Position numbers and translations under genes: made by a program. The notes under the pieces are model-generated. The model was given only the letters and a program-made list of their open reading frames with translations, had not been told where the DNA came from and ran no database searches. This document shows positions 35,098 to 47,418 of a stretch of 64,000 nucleotides of DNA, piece by piece; positions within the stretch are counted from its first letter, which is position 1, and each line of letters begins with the position of its first letter. This DNA comes from Coniocarpon cinnabarinum (Eukaryota): assembly GCA_051942205.1 (NCBI GenBank), contig JAVECO010000079.1, positions 1 through 64,000 on the forward strand, in the 5' to 3' direction.

Positions 35098-35838
35098 ATG
35101 GGTCGATGCAATAGTTCCAACAAGACGTTCGCCACGCCGGCTGCCATGATGCTCGCACTACAACCAATACTTACCACGCACGTCCGACTTTCTCATATCG
35201 TGATATTCCTGCTTTCGAGACTGCTTGTGCATCTCCCGCGGCACCTCACCACCTTCAGCGATCTCTCTTCCGAGCAAAGGCGTCACTTGCTGGGCAAGGT
35301 CCTCGCTGTCAAATCAGACCAGGGGGTGCCCGCAGGCAAGACTGTCACGATTCCGCTACCTTTAGGACGCCAAACATCTTCCAAACTCCTGAACCATAGC
35401 TCTCGAAACATACGCGTTACCAAGCAACAACCTTGTCCAGTGCCTTTCGAGCCATCGTCTCAGCAAATGAATGTTACAACACCACCTCCCATAACCTGCT
35501 GGAGTGTGACTGTCAATATTTTGGGAAACGGCACAGTGGTCAACAGTGATGAGCTTATGAAGGCTGTTGGTCGTCAAGCCCAAGCTCAGCAGACACGAAA
35601 TGGAAGTCTTTTAAACGAGGTGTGCACAGACAAGCCGGCCGGAGCTTTAGAAAATGGCGTGGTGATCAACGTCCATGGGGCCGAGTGCGTCGTTGGAGGT
35701 GCAGCAACTGTGAAAGAGGCGTTGAGAGGCAAGAAGCGGCAGCGGGAGGAGGCCAAAGAGACAAATGGTGGATCAGAGGAAATCAAGCAGGGAGACATGA
35801 GCGATCAACGTCCGAGTCGTCGACGGCGTTGCAAGTAG
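35098..35838 (+). CDS. Hypothetical protein with a basic, NLS-like C-terminus
   Basis: 246-aa ATG-initiated ORF in an otherwise gene-sized gap, preceded by a pyrimidine-rich leader. It contains RGKKRQR and RPSRRRRCK but no recognised domain. Confidence 0.5.
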   Translation: MGRCNSSNKTFATPAAMMLALQPILTTHVRLSHIVIFLLSRLLVHLPRHLTTFSDLSSEQRRHLLGKVLAVKSDQGVPAGKTVTIPLPLGRQTSSKLLNHSSRNIRVTKQQPCPVPFEPSSQQMNVTTPPPITCWSVTVNILGNGTVVNSDELMKAVGRQAQAQQTRNGSLLNEVCTDKPAGALENGVVINVHGAECVVGGAATVKEALRGKKRQREEAKETNGGSEEIKQGDMSDQRPSRRRRCK

Positions 35839-36021
35839 ACATGATAAGAGTGTGCAGGCTTATCGTTGTTGGCCTCCAGGATTTATGGGCTGTGAAGACT
35901 ATCATTTCTACGGACATGTGTATGTGAAATAGGGCTCAGAAATAGTACATCATTACTTTCAGGACGCATTACTTCATCTTAGCGAAAGGAAGCTGGGAAG
36001 CTGTATGTCTTTTCTAACTCT

Positions 36022-36054
36022 GTCACAGCCAGGTCACAGCCAGGTCACAGCCAG
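36022..36054 (+). repeat. Perfect tandem 11-mer (GTCACAGCCAG)x3
   Basis: Seen directly. Confidence 0.9.
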
Positions 36055-37067
36055 GAGCTGGTTCACGCGGCAGATAAGTTGAAATAATCACAGTTGGCTC
36101 GCTGTATTGAAGCAACGCCTATTTACAGCAGTTTATGCGCACGAAAACTTTGATGTGCCATTGCTGCGCGCAAGCAGTGCCTTCATGGAGCCTTAGCATA
36201 CTCCGACTGTCCGCAGGCGAATTTTTTCTTTCACCTTCGCGTCCGTATCAACATCGGCTATCGCAAATCCGAGTCGTTTGCAGCTCGCAGTGACGTCGCG
36301 GCCTCAGAGCTGAACCATCTCGTTGAAAGCGTGTTTCAGCAATGTTCCGGATCACAGCAGACGCGTGTGCAGATGGATGAACAGGTCCGTGGGTCTCAAA
36401 GCCAAGTCGGATGAGCCGCCACCGCGGTACAAGGCCCCAGCAAGCCCTTAACTTACGCGGGTTCGGCCCTAAACGCGCAGCGAGATGAGGCTAGTGCTTA
36501 CCCTGTCACCCTGTGCCCTTCCTTATTTGCTGTCGCCTGTGACTCCCAAGTGCCAGTGCGCCGGGCAGGGCGGCAGACTCGCACGAGGGGCATCGGACTC
36601 GAGCGCCGCCTTACTCATGCTCCCGCTCAATAATCATGGTATGAGTCCATTGCTTTTCCGCAATTTCTCCCTTGCCACACTCCGACGATTACTGTGCCAA
36701 TTCTTTAAGTACCAATCCCGCCATGTCTCAATCCTGTAAAGCACACTTGCGGCTCATGGGGAAACAATAAATCATTACCAGCGAACTGCAAGCCACCAGC
36801 CTGCCTACCTCAAGCCATTATCCATTTGCATCGAGGCCAGTCCCATTCCGAAGAGCTCCCCCTCCGCTTCCGCCGCTTCCGACATTCTATTTACTGCCTC
36901 GACTCTCTCGCTTTCCTTGCCATTGGTGATCGCCACGATCCTTCTCGACATAGCCGGACGCGATATTAACCTTTTAGGGCGAGGAGCTCCACACAACATC
37001 GCTCGCGTCACCTCGCAGGCTGTGATCCTCCCGCCGCGGACTGCACATCACACAAGTCACCGCCGCC

Positions 37068-39056
37068 ATGGATCCGGCCGATGTGTCGATGGTCCGCGCG
37101 GAGCGCGACGCCTCGCCGCAGCGCTTTGCGGAGTTCGATCCTCAGGACAGCTTCGGCCAGCACTATGGTCCCCGGCGCGATGAGGTACCCGGCAGTCCCT
37201 ATGAGAAGAGAGAAGGACGCGGCGAGGAGGAGCGGGAAGAAGAGGAAAGGGTCTCAGAGAGTGGTAGTACCACTACAAGAGAGAGCGTCGAGATAGAGCC
37301 GATTCGCGGAGCGGGCCATGGGCCTTTGACGAGAGAGCAGACACAGACTGAGCGCATCAACAGCCATCTCGAACGACATCCCACCGCCCTCGACCGTATC
37401 GAGACACATCGTTCACAACACTCCACCACCGTCGGAGCACTCGCGTCGCTCCGCTCACGCAAGAGCAGACCGCTGCCAAACTTCGGCGCAGGTAAACCAT
37501 ATCCGCCTCTGCTGCCAGAAAGGGAAGAGTATGTCGTTGAGTTTGACGGCCACGAGGACCCCTCACATCCGCAAAACTGGCCAACCAAGGAGAAGATCCT
37601 CATCGCAGCCATTCTCGCCTTCGACAGTCTGGCAGCGACCTTCGGTAGCTCCGTCTTCAGCAATGCCACGTCTGTCGTTGCAAAAATCTACGGCGTCGGG
37701 ATGGAGGTGGGCACACTCGCAACCTCCCTCTACGTCTTGGGATACGCCTTTGGGCCCATCCTATGGGCTCCCTTCTCCGAACTGTACGGCCGTAAAGTGC
37801 CCATCCTCGTGTCCTCCTTTGGTTTCGGTGTCTTCTCCATTGGTGTGGCGGTTGCTAAGGACCTCCAAACGGTCATGATCTGTCGTTTCTTCGGTGGTCT
37901 GTTTGGCTCTGCGCCATTAGCCATCGTCGCAGCGGTCTTCTCAGACATGTTCAATAACGAGGTCCGAGGCATTAGTATTGCAGTCTTCTCCGCCACCGTC
38001 TTCATGGGCCCGCTTCTGGCCCCCTTCATCGGCGGCTTCATCACCACATCTTACCTAGGCTGGCGCTGGACCGAGTACATCACCGCCATCATGGGCTTCA
38101 CGGCGTGCATCCTCGCGCTGCTCTTCCAACGGGAGTCCTATCCGCCCGTCGTCCTCGTCGACAAAGCACGAGAACTCAGGAGACGCACCAAAAACTGGGG
38201 CATCCACGCCAAGCAAGAAGAAGTCGAGGTCGACCTCCGCGAACTCGTCACCAAAAACGTCTCCCGTCCCCTGCGCATCCTCTTCACCGAGCCCATCGTC
38301 TTCCTCATCTCTCTCTACATGGCCTTTATCTACGGCCTGCTCTACCTCTTTTTAACCGCCTACGCGCTCGTCTTCCAGCGCGTGTACGGCTTCAGCCCCG
38401 GCGTCGGCGGTCTCCCCTACTTCGGCATGATCACGGGCGAGCTCATCGCCTTCGTCGTCGTCATCGCCATGCAAAAGAGCTACGTCAACAAGTTGAAAGC
38501 CAACGAAGGCGTGCCAGTCCCCGAATGGCGCCTCCCCATCGTAGTAGGCGGCGGGATCTCCTTCGCGGTGGGCTTGTTCTGGTTCGGCTGGACCGGCTAC
38601 CAGGGCAGTGTCCACTGGATCGTCCCCACGCTCAGCGGTCTCTGCACCGGCTTCGGCATCTTCGCCGTATTCTTGCAGCTGCTCAATTACATCGTCGACG
38701 CTTATCTCATGTTTGCGGCGTCGGCCATTGCTGGCAATACGTTCTTGCGATCGCTGTTCGGTTGTATCTTCCCGCTGTTTGCGACGTACATGTTTGATGG
38801 CATGGGGATTGAGTGGGCGAGTACGCTCCTCGGCTGTGTGGCTTTGGCATTGGTGCCTATGCCCGTGATCTTCCTGTTCAAGGGCAAGAGCATCCGACGG
38901 CGGAGTAAAATGGCGCCGGCGATTGATCTGAAATTGGATGATAAGCGGCGCGCGATGGCGGATGAGGAGAATGGTCTTGCCGGCGGTGAGAGCAGCGGGA
39001 GTAGTGATCCGCAAGGGAGCGGCGAGAAAGAGAAAGAGAAAGAGAAGGAAAGGTGA
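37068..39056 (+). CDS. MFS drug:H+ antiporter (DHA1 family), intronless
   Basis: Motifs: EFDGHEDPSHPQNW, LYVLGYAFGPILWAPFSELYGRK, GWRWTEY, RPLRILFTEPI, PEWRL and YIVDAYLMFAASAIAGN. Confidence 0.95.
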   Translation: MDPADVSMVRAERDASPQRFAEFDPQDSFGQHYGPRRDEVPGSPYEKREGRGEEEREEEERVSESGSTTTRESVEIEPIRGAGHGPLTREQTQTERINSHLERHPTALDRIETHRSQHSTTVGALASLRSRKSRPLPNFGAGKPYPPLLPEREEYVVEFDGHEDPSHPQNWPTKEKILIAAILAFDSLAATFGSSVFSNATSVVAKIYGVGMEVGTLATSLYVLGYAFGPILWAPFSELYGRKVPILVSSFGFGVFSIGVAVAKDLQTVMICRFFGGLFGSAPLAIVAAVFSDMFNNEVRGISIAVFSATVFMGPLLAPFIGGFITTSYLGWRWTEYITAIMGFTACILALLFQRESYPPVVLVDKARELRRRTKNWGIHAKQEEVEVDLRELVTKNVSRPLRILFTEPIVFLISLYMAFIYGLLYLFLTAYALVFQRVYGFSPGVGGLPYFGMITGELIAFVVVIAMQKSYVNKLKANEGVPVPEWRLPIVVGGGISFAVGLFWFGWTGYQGSVHWIVPTLSGLCTGFGIFAVFLQLLNYIVDAYLMFAASAIAGNTFLRSLFGCIFPLFATYMFDGMGIEWASTLLGCVALALVPMPVIFLFKGKSIRRRSKMAPAIDLKLDDKRRAMADEENGLAGGESSGSSDPQGSGEKEKEKEKER

Positions 39057-39652
39057 GGTTGGGTCACAAAATTGCGGGAAAAGTGATAGTGAAGAGAGGG
39101 CTTTGGTGGAATCTAATGCACAGACTCGTTGGATGATGATGATGAGTCAGCTCGTGTTGAGCTTCTGACGATGTTATGTCCTGTGCATAACTATTAGCTA
39201 TATACCGTAATCCGCCCCTTTGCGGCGCTTTTTGTGATACCTCAGGTCCTTTTGGATGAAATGGAGACAAATAGCTTTTTCACCGAATCCAATATGGGTG
39301 AACCCCTCGGCGAAACACCGTCCCAACTAAAGTTTCGATTTTGCAGCTTTTTCAAGAATTCCCTCGCCGGACCGCCGAAGCCCTTGCATGCCGTTTGCCA
39401 GTCACAAGCCACGGTTGTCACCATGAATGAGCTTCCCTCGACGGGAGAACGCTCTCTCGATCCACACTTCAGTCCGATTTCCCCTGTTCACGAAGACCAC
39501 TCTACAGGCCATCTCAACCACGCAGCGGTCATGTTGTCAATTTGCTTTGCAGTGATCCAGTGTTCCTGTAAAGTCGCGTCCAGGCGACTTGATTAGTACT
39601 GACAGCAGCCGCTCGTCTGCTTCTGCAGCTGCAGTAGTGACCTTGTGTTTCT

Positions 39653-41045
39653 TTAGTCACACAGCACGCTCCATGGGTGGTCCTCATCCCCATAGCTGAT
39701 CGCATTGAACCAACCCGTAATTTTCTTCGCCAGCTCCCCCGCCTCTTCACCAGGAGGCAAATTACAATCAATCACCGAGCCCTTCCAGGCGATCTTCCGC
39801 ACCGGCGCCACCACGGCCGCCGTGCCAGATCCAAACACCTCAAGCAGCGATCCGTCCTTACTCGCCTCGGCCAACTCCCGCATCGTAATCCGGCGCTCGT
39901 TCATCTGCCATCCCTCTTTTGCGAGTCGTTCGTGCGCTAATTCCACGATTGACTCGCGCACGATACCTTCGAGGATTGTGCCGTCCAGGGGTGGCGTGAC
40001 GAGTTCTTTGCGGCCGTCGGCGTGCTGGAAGGCGACGAAGAGGTTCATGGTGCCGACTTCGGTGACGTAGTCTTCGCCTTTGCCTTCCGGTGAGTCGTCT
40101 CGGAAGAGCCAGAGAATCTGGTGATATCCCTCTGTGGCTGCTTGCATCTGTGGTACGATCCCTGGCGCGTAGTTGGCGCCCAGTTTGTACTGCCCAACGC
40201 CCCCAGGCCAAGCTCGCACAGCGGCCGTGTCTGCAGACAAAGACACGGCCTTGAAGCCTGAGGGGTAGTACGGGCCCACGGGACAGGCAATTGTGTAGAA
40301 CAGCGCTGAAGCAGGGGGCCCCACGCCCAAGGAGCGCTGCGTTCCGATCATAGTCGGGCGGAGGTAGAGACTATATCCCTTTGAATCAGGAATGAAACGT
40401 TCTTCCAGTCGAACGAAGCGCTTCAGCAGTTCCACAGCCTGATCCGCATCAAACTGCGGCAACGCAATCCGCGCCACGCTCTTGTTCAAGCGCTGCATAT
40501 TCTTATCCGGCCGAAACATGCGCGTATGGCCCTGACGATCTTTATACGCCTTCATGCCTTCGAAGGCGCAAAAGGCATAGTGCAGCGTAGAGGTCGCCGG
40601 GTCGAGGGAGAGGTTCTGGTAGGGCGTGATGCGGGGAGGGAACCAGCCCTCGGAGGAAGTCCACTCAGCGGCGAGCATGTGGTCTGTAAAGCTGCGGCCG
40701 AAGACGAGCTCTGCGGGAGGCACGAGTGGTTTGGGGAAGGGGTTCTTTTGGGTGGTGAGGGTCTTGGTGTTGAGGTCGGGAAGGGCGGAGAGGGAGGATT
40801 CGTCGGGTGGTGTTGCGGGAGCGGCGTAGTGTCTTTGAGGTCGTAGCAAGGTTGTTGAGGCTGGTCGTGTGCGAAGAAAGGAAGACGAAAGAGAGCCAGG
40901 AGGTTTCGTTCTTGCTGAAACTGGTATTTGCCATAAGTGAGTGGAAATTGTTTTGGAGCATCCTTGTGTAATTATAGGACTTACGCTGCGACAATGGGAT
41001 TGTGAAAGACATAATTCTGGCTGCTGGGCCACTTGTGGGCGCCAT
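39653..41045 (-). CDS. BAT1: Branched-chain amino acid aminotransferase with a probable mitochondrial presequence (exons 41045-40985, 40920-39653)
   Basis: Motifs: LVFGRSFTDHM, LHYAFCAFEGMKAY, LYLRPTMIG, PLP-lysine YKLGANYAP, TEVGTMN and EVFGSGTAAVV. The intron at 40921-40984 supplies the ATG that the raw ORF lacks. The N-terminus is Arg/Ser-rich. Confidence 0.93.
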
Positions 41046-41458
41046 GGCAGCGTGTTGGTATAGACTTTTTCAAGTCTTGTCGCCTGCTTGAGAGGCCTGC
41101 GAAGCTTAAGAGGTGTAGAGTGCAGCTTCAGAGTCACAATGAATGACAACGCCCTTCGAGAGCTCAGAAAAAGAAGCTGAGGACGAGACGAGTCCGATTA
41201 TCGGCGATAAGAGCTCGGAGCCATTGGAAACGAAAAGGCGCAATGAGGGTTTCAAATACCCTAAATTGATGTCTTTCTTATAACAAGGGTATCTGCACTG
41301 CAAAGGAGCGCAAGCCATGCGGCCACAGGTATCATTGTGCAATCTTGAAGAGGCTTTGTGTGCGTGATCTCAAGCCGTTAGATGGGGGTGACCGTACTGG
41401 TCTTCGAAGGTTCAGGCTACCTTAGCTCCTTGAGACCCACGCACTCGTCCGTAACAAG

Positions 41459-44228
41459 ATGTTCTCTTCCGCGATCAAGTCCCTCAGCTCAAATATCATC
41501 TCGAGCTATTCAATAGCTTCACAACCATCCTCGTTCTCTGGACCCTGGAAGATCTTTGACGCCAAGAAGAAAGGCTCCGGAAAGGCAGTGTCCGTCTTTG
41601 TCTTCGACAGAAAATCGCTGGAGCCGCAAGCTGGTAGCTTTGGACGACAAGGGAGCTCCAGCTCTCTTAGAAGGATACATGATGAGGTCGTTGAGAGGCT
41701 CAAAAAGGAGGCTGGCGCACTGGCTCGGCTGCGGCATCCCAGCATCTTAGAGCTCACCGAACCGGTCGAGGAGACGAGGAACGCAGGGCTAATGTTTGCA
41801 ACGGAACCTGTTACTGCCAGTCTAGGGACTGTCCTTGAAGACAAAAACAAAGAAGGCGGGCGAGGTGGCAGATACGTGTCTGAAGAGACCGAGGCTGGAG
41901 GGCAGAAAAGGAAAGAGTTTGAACTGGATGAGCTGGAAATACAAAAGGGTCTGCTACAGGTTGGCAAGGGCCTCGAATTCTTGCACGAGAGTGCGAACCT
42001 GGTACACGCCAATCTCACGCCCGAAGCAATCTTCATCAATGCCAAGTCAGATTGGAAGATATCAGGTCTAGGCTTCTCAAGCCCGCCGGACAATGCAACT
42101 GGACGGACTACCATGCCACCCATGTCTTTGGGTGAAGTGCTGAATTACGACGCTCGTTTGCCGCGATTCATTCAACTCAATCTCGATTACACGTCACCTG
42201 ACTTCGTCCTCGACACGAACCTCACGCAATCTGCTGATATGTTCAGCCTGGGCCTGGTCATCGTTGCACTGTATAACGCTCCCCACCGATCCCCTATCGA
42301 AACTGGCAATTCCGTTTCATCATACAGGAGAGTCTTCTCAACGCCATCCTCGATACCTACGCATGGTAATAACTTCCACTGTTCCGGCACCCTTCCAAGA
42401 GACATCAAACTAGATTTGCTGCCGAAGCTAATCACACGAAGACCGGCACAACGATGTGGAGCACGAGAGTTCCAGCAAGCCCAATACTTTGACAACGTCC
42501 TAGTATCAACGATGAGATTTCTGGATTCTTTGCCAGCCAAAACGCTCGCTGAAAAGTCACAATTCATGCGTGGATTGCCCCGTATTCTTTCTCAATTTCC
42601 CAAGTCTGTGGTGGAAAAGAAGATATTATCTGCACTTCTAGAGGAAACGAAAGACTTGGATCTTCTCACACTTGTGCTGCAGAATGCTTTCAAATGTGTA
42701 GAACTTGTGCCAAACGGCAGGCGTGCAGTGTCGGATCTTATCATCCCAAAGCTCCAAGCAGTGTTCCAGGCAACGGTAAAAGGCCAACAAAGTGACCGAC
42801 TGACTTTAAGAGAAGGCGGGTTAGTCGTTGTGCTTGACAATATGTCATTGATTGTCAGCAATTGTAGCGGCAAACAATTTAAAGATGGTACGTTGTCGCG
42901 CGATCGAAGTGTTTGAATACCCACTGACGTGAACAGATGTTTTGCCTATCATTTTAGTTGGACTTGAGTCACCAACGCATTCGCTCGTTGACCATGCGTT
43001 GCAAACCTTGCCTATCATCTTGCCGATACTCGATTTCACGACCGTCAAAAACGATTTGTTCCCGGTGGTGGCCAATGTCTTTGCCAAGACGACAAGCATG
43101 GCTATCAAAATCCAAGGACTTCACGCACTGAACGCTCTCTGCGGTGGAAGAAATGACACCGAGCCAGATCTAGGCGATGGTTTGGATGGGGTCAAGGCGC
43201 CACAGAAGCCTACTACCAACACAGCGCTTCTGGACAAGTTCACGATTCAAGAGAAAATAGTTCCGTTACTACGAGCCATCAAAACGAAAGAACCTGCGGT
43301 CATGATGGCAGCCCTCTCGGTTTTCAGTCAAGTTGGCAAGGTTGCTGATATTGAGTTCTTGGCCTTTGAGGTGTTGCCATGCTTATGGTCATTTAGTCTG
43401 GGACCTCTGCTGAACTTGCAGCAATTTCATAAGTACATGCAGCTCATCAAGTCGTTATCAACAAAGATTGAGCAAGAGCAGACTCGCAAGCTGATGGAGC
43501 TATCTTCGTCAGCCTCGATGGCCCCCGCCAGTGCGCGGAATTTTGGAGGGTTAGCTGCAACAAATGGAGTTTACTCTGGCCAGTCGACCAGTAATGAAGA
43601 GACTGATTTCGAAAGCTTAGTCACCGGCCGTAATCGCGGCTCTAAGAATGACGATCTGTTCGACGGAGGTTGGAGTACTGGTAATGTCTCACAGATAGCG
43701 ACTCCTCAAGCTACTTCTCTGCAACAACCACCCTTTGATCAGAACCAAAGCCCTTCAACTCTAAGCAATGGCTTTTCAATAACAGGATCAGCCGGCGGCT
43801 CCACTTCTGCCACGTCGAACGGGCTAGGCTCATTTTCTGCTATGAAACCGTCTCAAGCTTCCAACACCGTGGCATCTAATCCCTGGAGCCAGCCGATGCA
43901 GCCACAACGAACACCTTCTTCGACAGCTCAGCCTTTCAACGCAACATCGCTGCAACCCTCTAGGCCTCAGATCAACGCGAACGGCTCATCAAACTCTTCA
44001 ATCGATTGGTCCCGCGCAGGTCGCAATAATACACCGGCCACTGGCTCAACGGGCTCATCATCAAGCAACAATGCTTATTCGTCCTTTTCCATTGCCCCGC
44101 CGCCAATGAGTCCGACTGGCACCATGAATGTTCAAATGCCCAATCGTTCCGCCGCAAATCCTGCGGCACAGCCACCTAAACAACCTCCGCAAAAACAAGG
44201 TCTTGATAAGTATGAGAGTCTAATATAG
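41459..44228 (+). CDS. SCY1: SCY1/SCYL2-like pseudokinase with HEAT repeats
   Basis: Motifs: GPWKIFDAKKK, ARLRHPSIL, FATEPVTASL, FLHESANLVHANLTPE and DWKISGLGF. The intron is at 42888-42936. The protein ends GLDKYESLI. Confidence 0.93.
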
Positions 44229-44646
44229 GGAATGATGTAATGATACCGTTTGATAGACACCTAGATACCCACTGTTGTACGAAAAGCATATTTCACGCAT
44301 GTCTATAAAAACTTCAGTAATAGATACGTCTCGTTGACTGCAATGCATCATGTATTGCCAACAGGTACAGATGGACTTTCCATGCACGTGAGTCAGTGGA
44401 TCCGCAAGGGACGAAAGCTAAAAATCTTAATGCACGAAGATCGACTAGCATTAGATCGTGCAATAGCCAATCGCGGAAGCTTTTAGTGCCGATTCGAAAA
44501 AGGGATCCATTGCACGTCATACATGGCGAACGCCAATGTAATTCATTGTGCTGAGATTTTTCGTTCACTGTGCTTTCACTTGTGTTCATGCTCAGTGCTG
44601 AGCACCATAGCCTGTTCGAGTATTGGTGCAGGAGCTATCCCTCAGT

Positions 44647-46934
44647 ATGACGGAGCTCATACGCGACACATTATTTGGCGGTCTTGTGCGGCTTGTAAGC
44701 AGAGGGAAGTATTTGCAATGGGAAGAAGAACGAAATCCAGAACTATGGAAGAAGTACATATACATGGATTCATCTTATTGCGATCAGGAACTAACGGAGT
44801 GCACAGGTTTGTCAACGAATCAAAGTCGGCTCGGATGGCACACCACGGTACCACAGAGGATAACGGAGAGTCAATACATGGCCTTGGTGGCGTACGCACG
44901 CGAGAAGATGGGTTCACAGAACCATTGTCGGATCCTGAGAAAGAGCGCGAACTGGAGTCGGATTCGTCTTCGGATGCACATGTCGGTCAGGGCATCAACG
45001 CTGCCAGCGGCGTCAAAGTCGATCCTGAGAAGGGCCGAGACCTGAGCGTGATTGACTGGTATGGCGACAGAGATCCAGAAGTCAGTAGATGCGGTGGCCT
45101 GTCGACACTGTGCGAAGCTGACGAGACAAACCAGAATCCCATGAACTGGTCGTTAACTAAGAAGTTCTTCGTCACCTTTCAAATCTGCCTCCTTACCTTT
45201 AGTATCTATATTGGCAGTGCGATATATAGCGCAGGTCTCATGGATGTGTCGCAAGAGTTCCATATCAGTCAAGTCGCTGGTGATCTGGGCTTGACCCTCT
45301 TCGTTGCCGGTTATGGTGTAGGACCCATGATATGGGCACCCATGTCCGAGATTCCAGCCTTCGGTAGGTCCTCGATGGTCTGTAACATGAGGCCTTGGTG
45401 GCTGACGTGTCTCTTGCACAACAGGACGAATGCCAATCTACATGGCCACGCTCTTCGTTTTTGTTCTGCTCCAGTTGCCAACAGGCTACGCGGTCAACCT
45501 CGGAATGCTTCTGGCCTTCCGATTCATCACTGGCTTCGTAGGATCGCCTTGTCTGGCGACTGGTGGTGCTTCGATCGCGGATATGTATAAGCCGAGCAAG
45601 CGAGCGTATGGAATCGCTATCTGGGGTGCGTTGGCCCCATACATTCTAGCAGACCAACTCGAGCTGACGTTGCGTGCAAGGTATCAGCGCCGTCTGCGGT
45701 CCAGTGATGGGCCCGCTCGTCGGAGGGTTTGCTGCGCAAGCAAAAGGCTGGAGATGGACCATCTGGGAGCTTGCATGGCTGTCAGGATTCTGCTTCGTTT
45801 TCCGTAAGCTGAAAAGCGCTTTGATACCACTTCCTTGCTAATCAAGATAGTATTTTTCTTTTTCCCAGAGACTTCCTCAGCAAACATTCTTTACCGAAGG
45901 ACAATGAGAATGAGGAAGCTCACCGGGAATCAGAAGTTGACATGTGAGCCAATGCTAATGGGGGAGCATATGACCGGCAAGGATATCGCGATGATGACTC
46001 TGGTTAAACCCATTACCTTGAACTTTTGGGAGCCAATGGTCCTGTTGTTGAACCTCTACATTGCTCTAATCTATGGTGTGTTCTGCTGCGCAAGTCCAAA
46101 AATGTCAGCACAAGCTTACTTGGATCAGGTCTGTTGTATATCTGGTTCGAGTCGTTTCCGCTGGTTTTCATCGAAGTATATGGTTTCAGTCTCGGTCTAG
46201 AAGGACTGTCTTTCATTGGCGTAAGTTCTGAATCTCGCAAGATCGCATGTATATGGTTAACATTGGGTAGATCCTGATTGGCGCCTTTATTACCATTCCA
46301 CCTTACTTCGCATGGTGTCACTATTACTTGGAGCCCCGATTCAACTCGAATGGCGAGGTGAAGCCTGAGCTTAGGTTGCAACCCGCTTTTGTAGGCGGCT
46401 TCGCCATTCCAATCTGCTTATTCTGGTTTGGATGGTCCGCGGGGCACGAGCATTGGATTGTAAGCGTCTCTCTAGACGGAGTTCGATAGGGGGTGCTAAC
46501 ATAAAGGATCTAGATGCCCGTCATCGGGTCTGCGTGGTTCTCCGTGGGAGCATTTCTGCTTTTCAGTGCTGTGCTCAATTACCTTCCTGATGCATACCCT
46601 GAAAGCGCAGCTAGTGTTCTAGCTGGCAACGATTTGATGCGAAGTAGCTTTGGTGCAGGGTACGCATACACCCAGGTCACCGCTGCCACTGCTGAACAAT
46701 GCTAATTCGAGCGCAGATTCCCGCTATTTGCTACCGCTATGTACCACAAACTTGGCGTAGACTGGGCGTCAAGTACACTGGCATTTCTGTCGATAGCCTT
46801 TATTCCCATTCCCTTCGCACTTTACCGAGTATGACCATTTCCATCCATATTTGCAAGCCAGCCTAGCTAACATTTTGTAGTACGGTGAACTGATACGCGT
46901 CAAATACTCGAAATATGCTCGCAAAGACTTTTGA
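44647..46934 (+). CDS. MFS drug:H+ antiporter (DHA1; Caf5/Flr1/Mdr1-like), many introns
   Basis: Motifs: MTELIRDTLFG, VIDWYGDRDPE|NPMNWS, GYGVGPMIWAPMSEIP, GSPCLATGGASIAD, FFPETS and NYLPDAYP..AASVLAGND. Stop is at 46932-46934. Confidence 0.92.
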
Positions 46935-47418
46935 GCGTGTGGAGATCAAACAAGATCCCCTTTTTTTTTTTGGAAAAAAGCATGTTACAAGCGAGGCGTG
47001 AGCGGAAGTTCTGGAGCATCTGTGAGGCTTTTCAAAGCATGTAGATAGATCCGCCTCTTGGACAACTCCTCAGACGTCGCTTTCTGTCGTTTGCAGTTCC
47101 GCCCAACCGGTAAAGTCATCATCTAGGGCGCTAGGATAATCAGAGGCGACATGCGAAAGGTGAAGCTGCCAATTCGACGTCATTTCGCACCCTGCCGCCA
47201 ACGCATCATGGGCTGACTCGTACCCTGCACTTGCACTGTTCGTGACATTGAGGCTTTTGGGGTGTGCCAACACCGTTCGCTTTCAGTCACTCATTTGTTG
47301 TTCGATGGGCCAGCGTTTCTTGCAAAATGGTTTGCATGAACATTCATTCTTCGCGCCATAACCCTGGTGAATTGCGTGTTGCGAGCGCTGCAAGACTCTA
47401 CCCCAAACCTACAGACCA

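Noticed and set aside
41046..41149. ORF-track N-terminal extension of the aminotransferase
   Set aside because: The start is non-ATG. An ATG exon at 41045 plus a canonical intron explains the gene.
41459..44228. SCY1 pseudokinase as part of the putative cell-death system
   Set aside because: It is a conserved trafficking protein, unrelated and separated from the pair by core genes.
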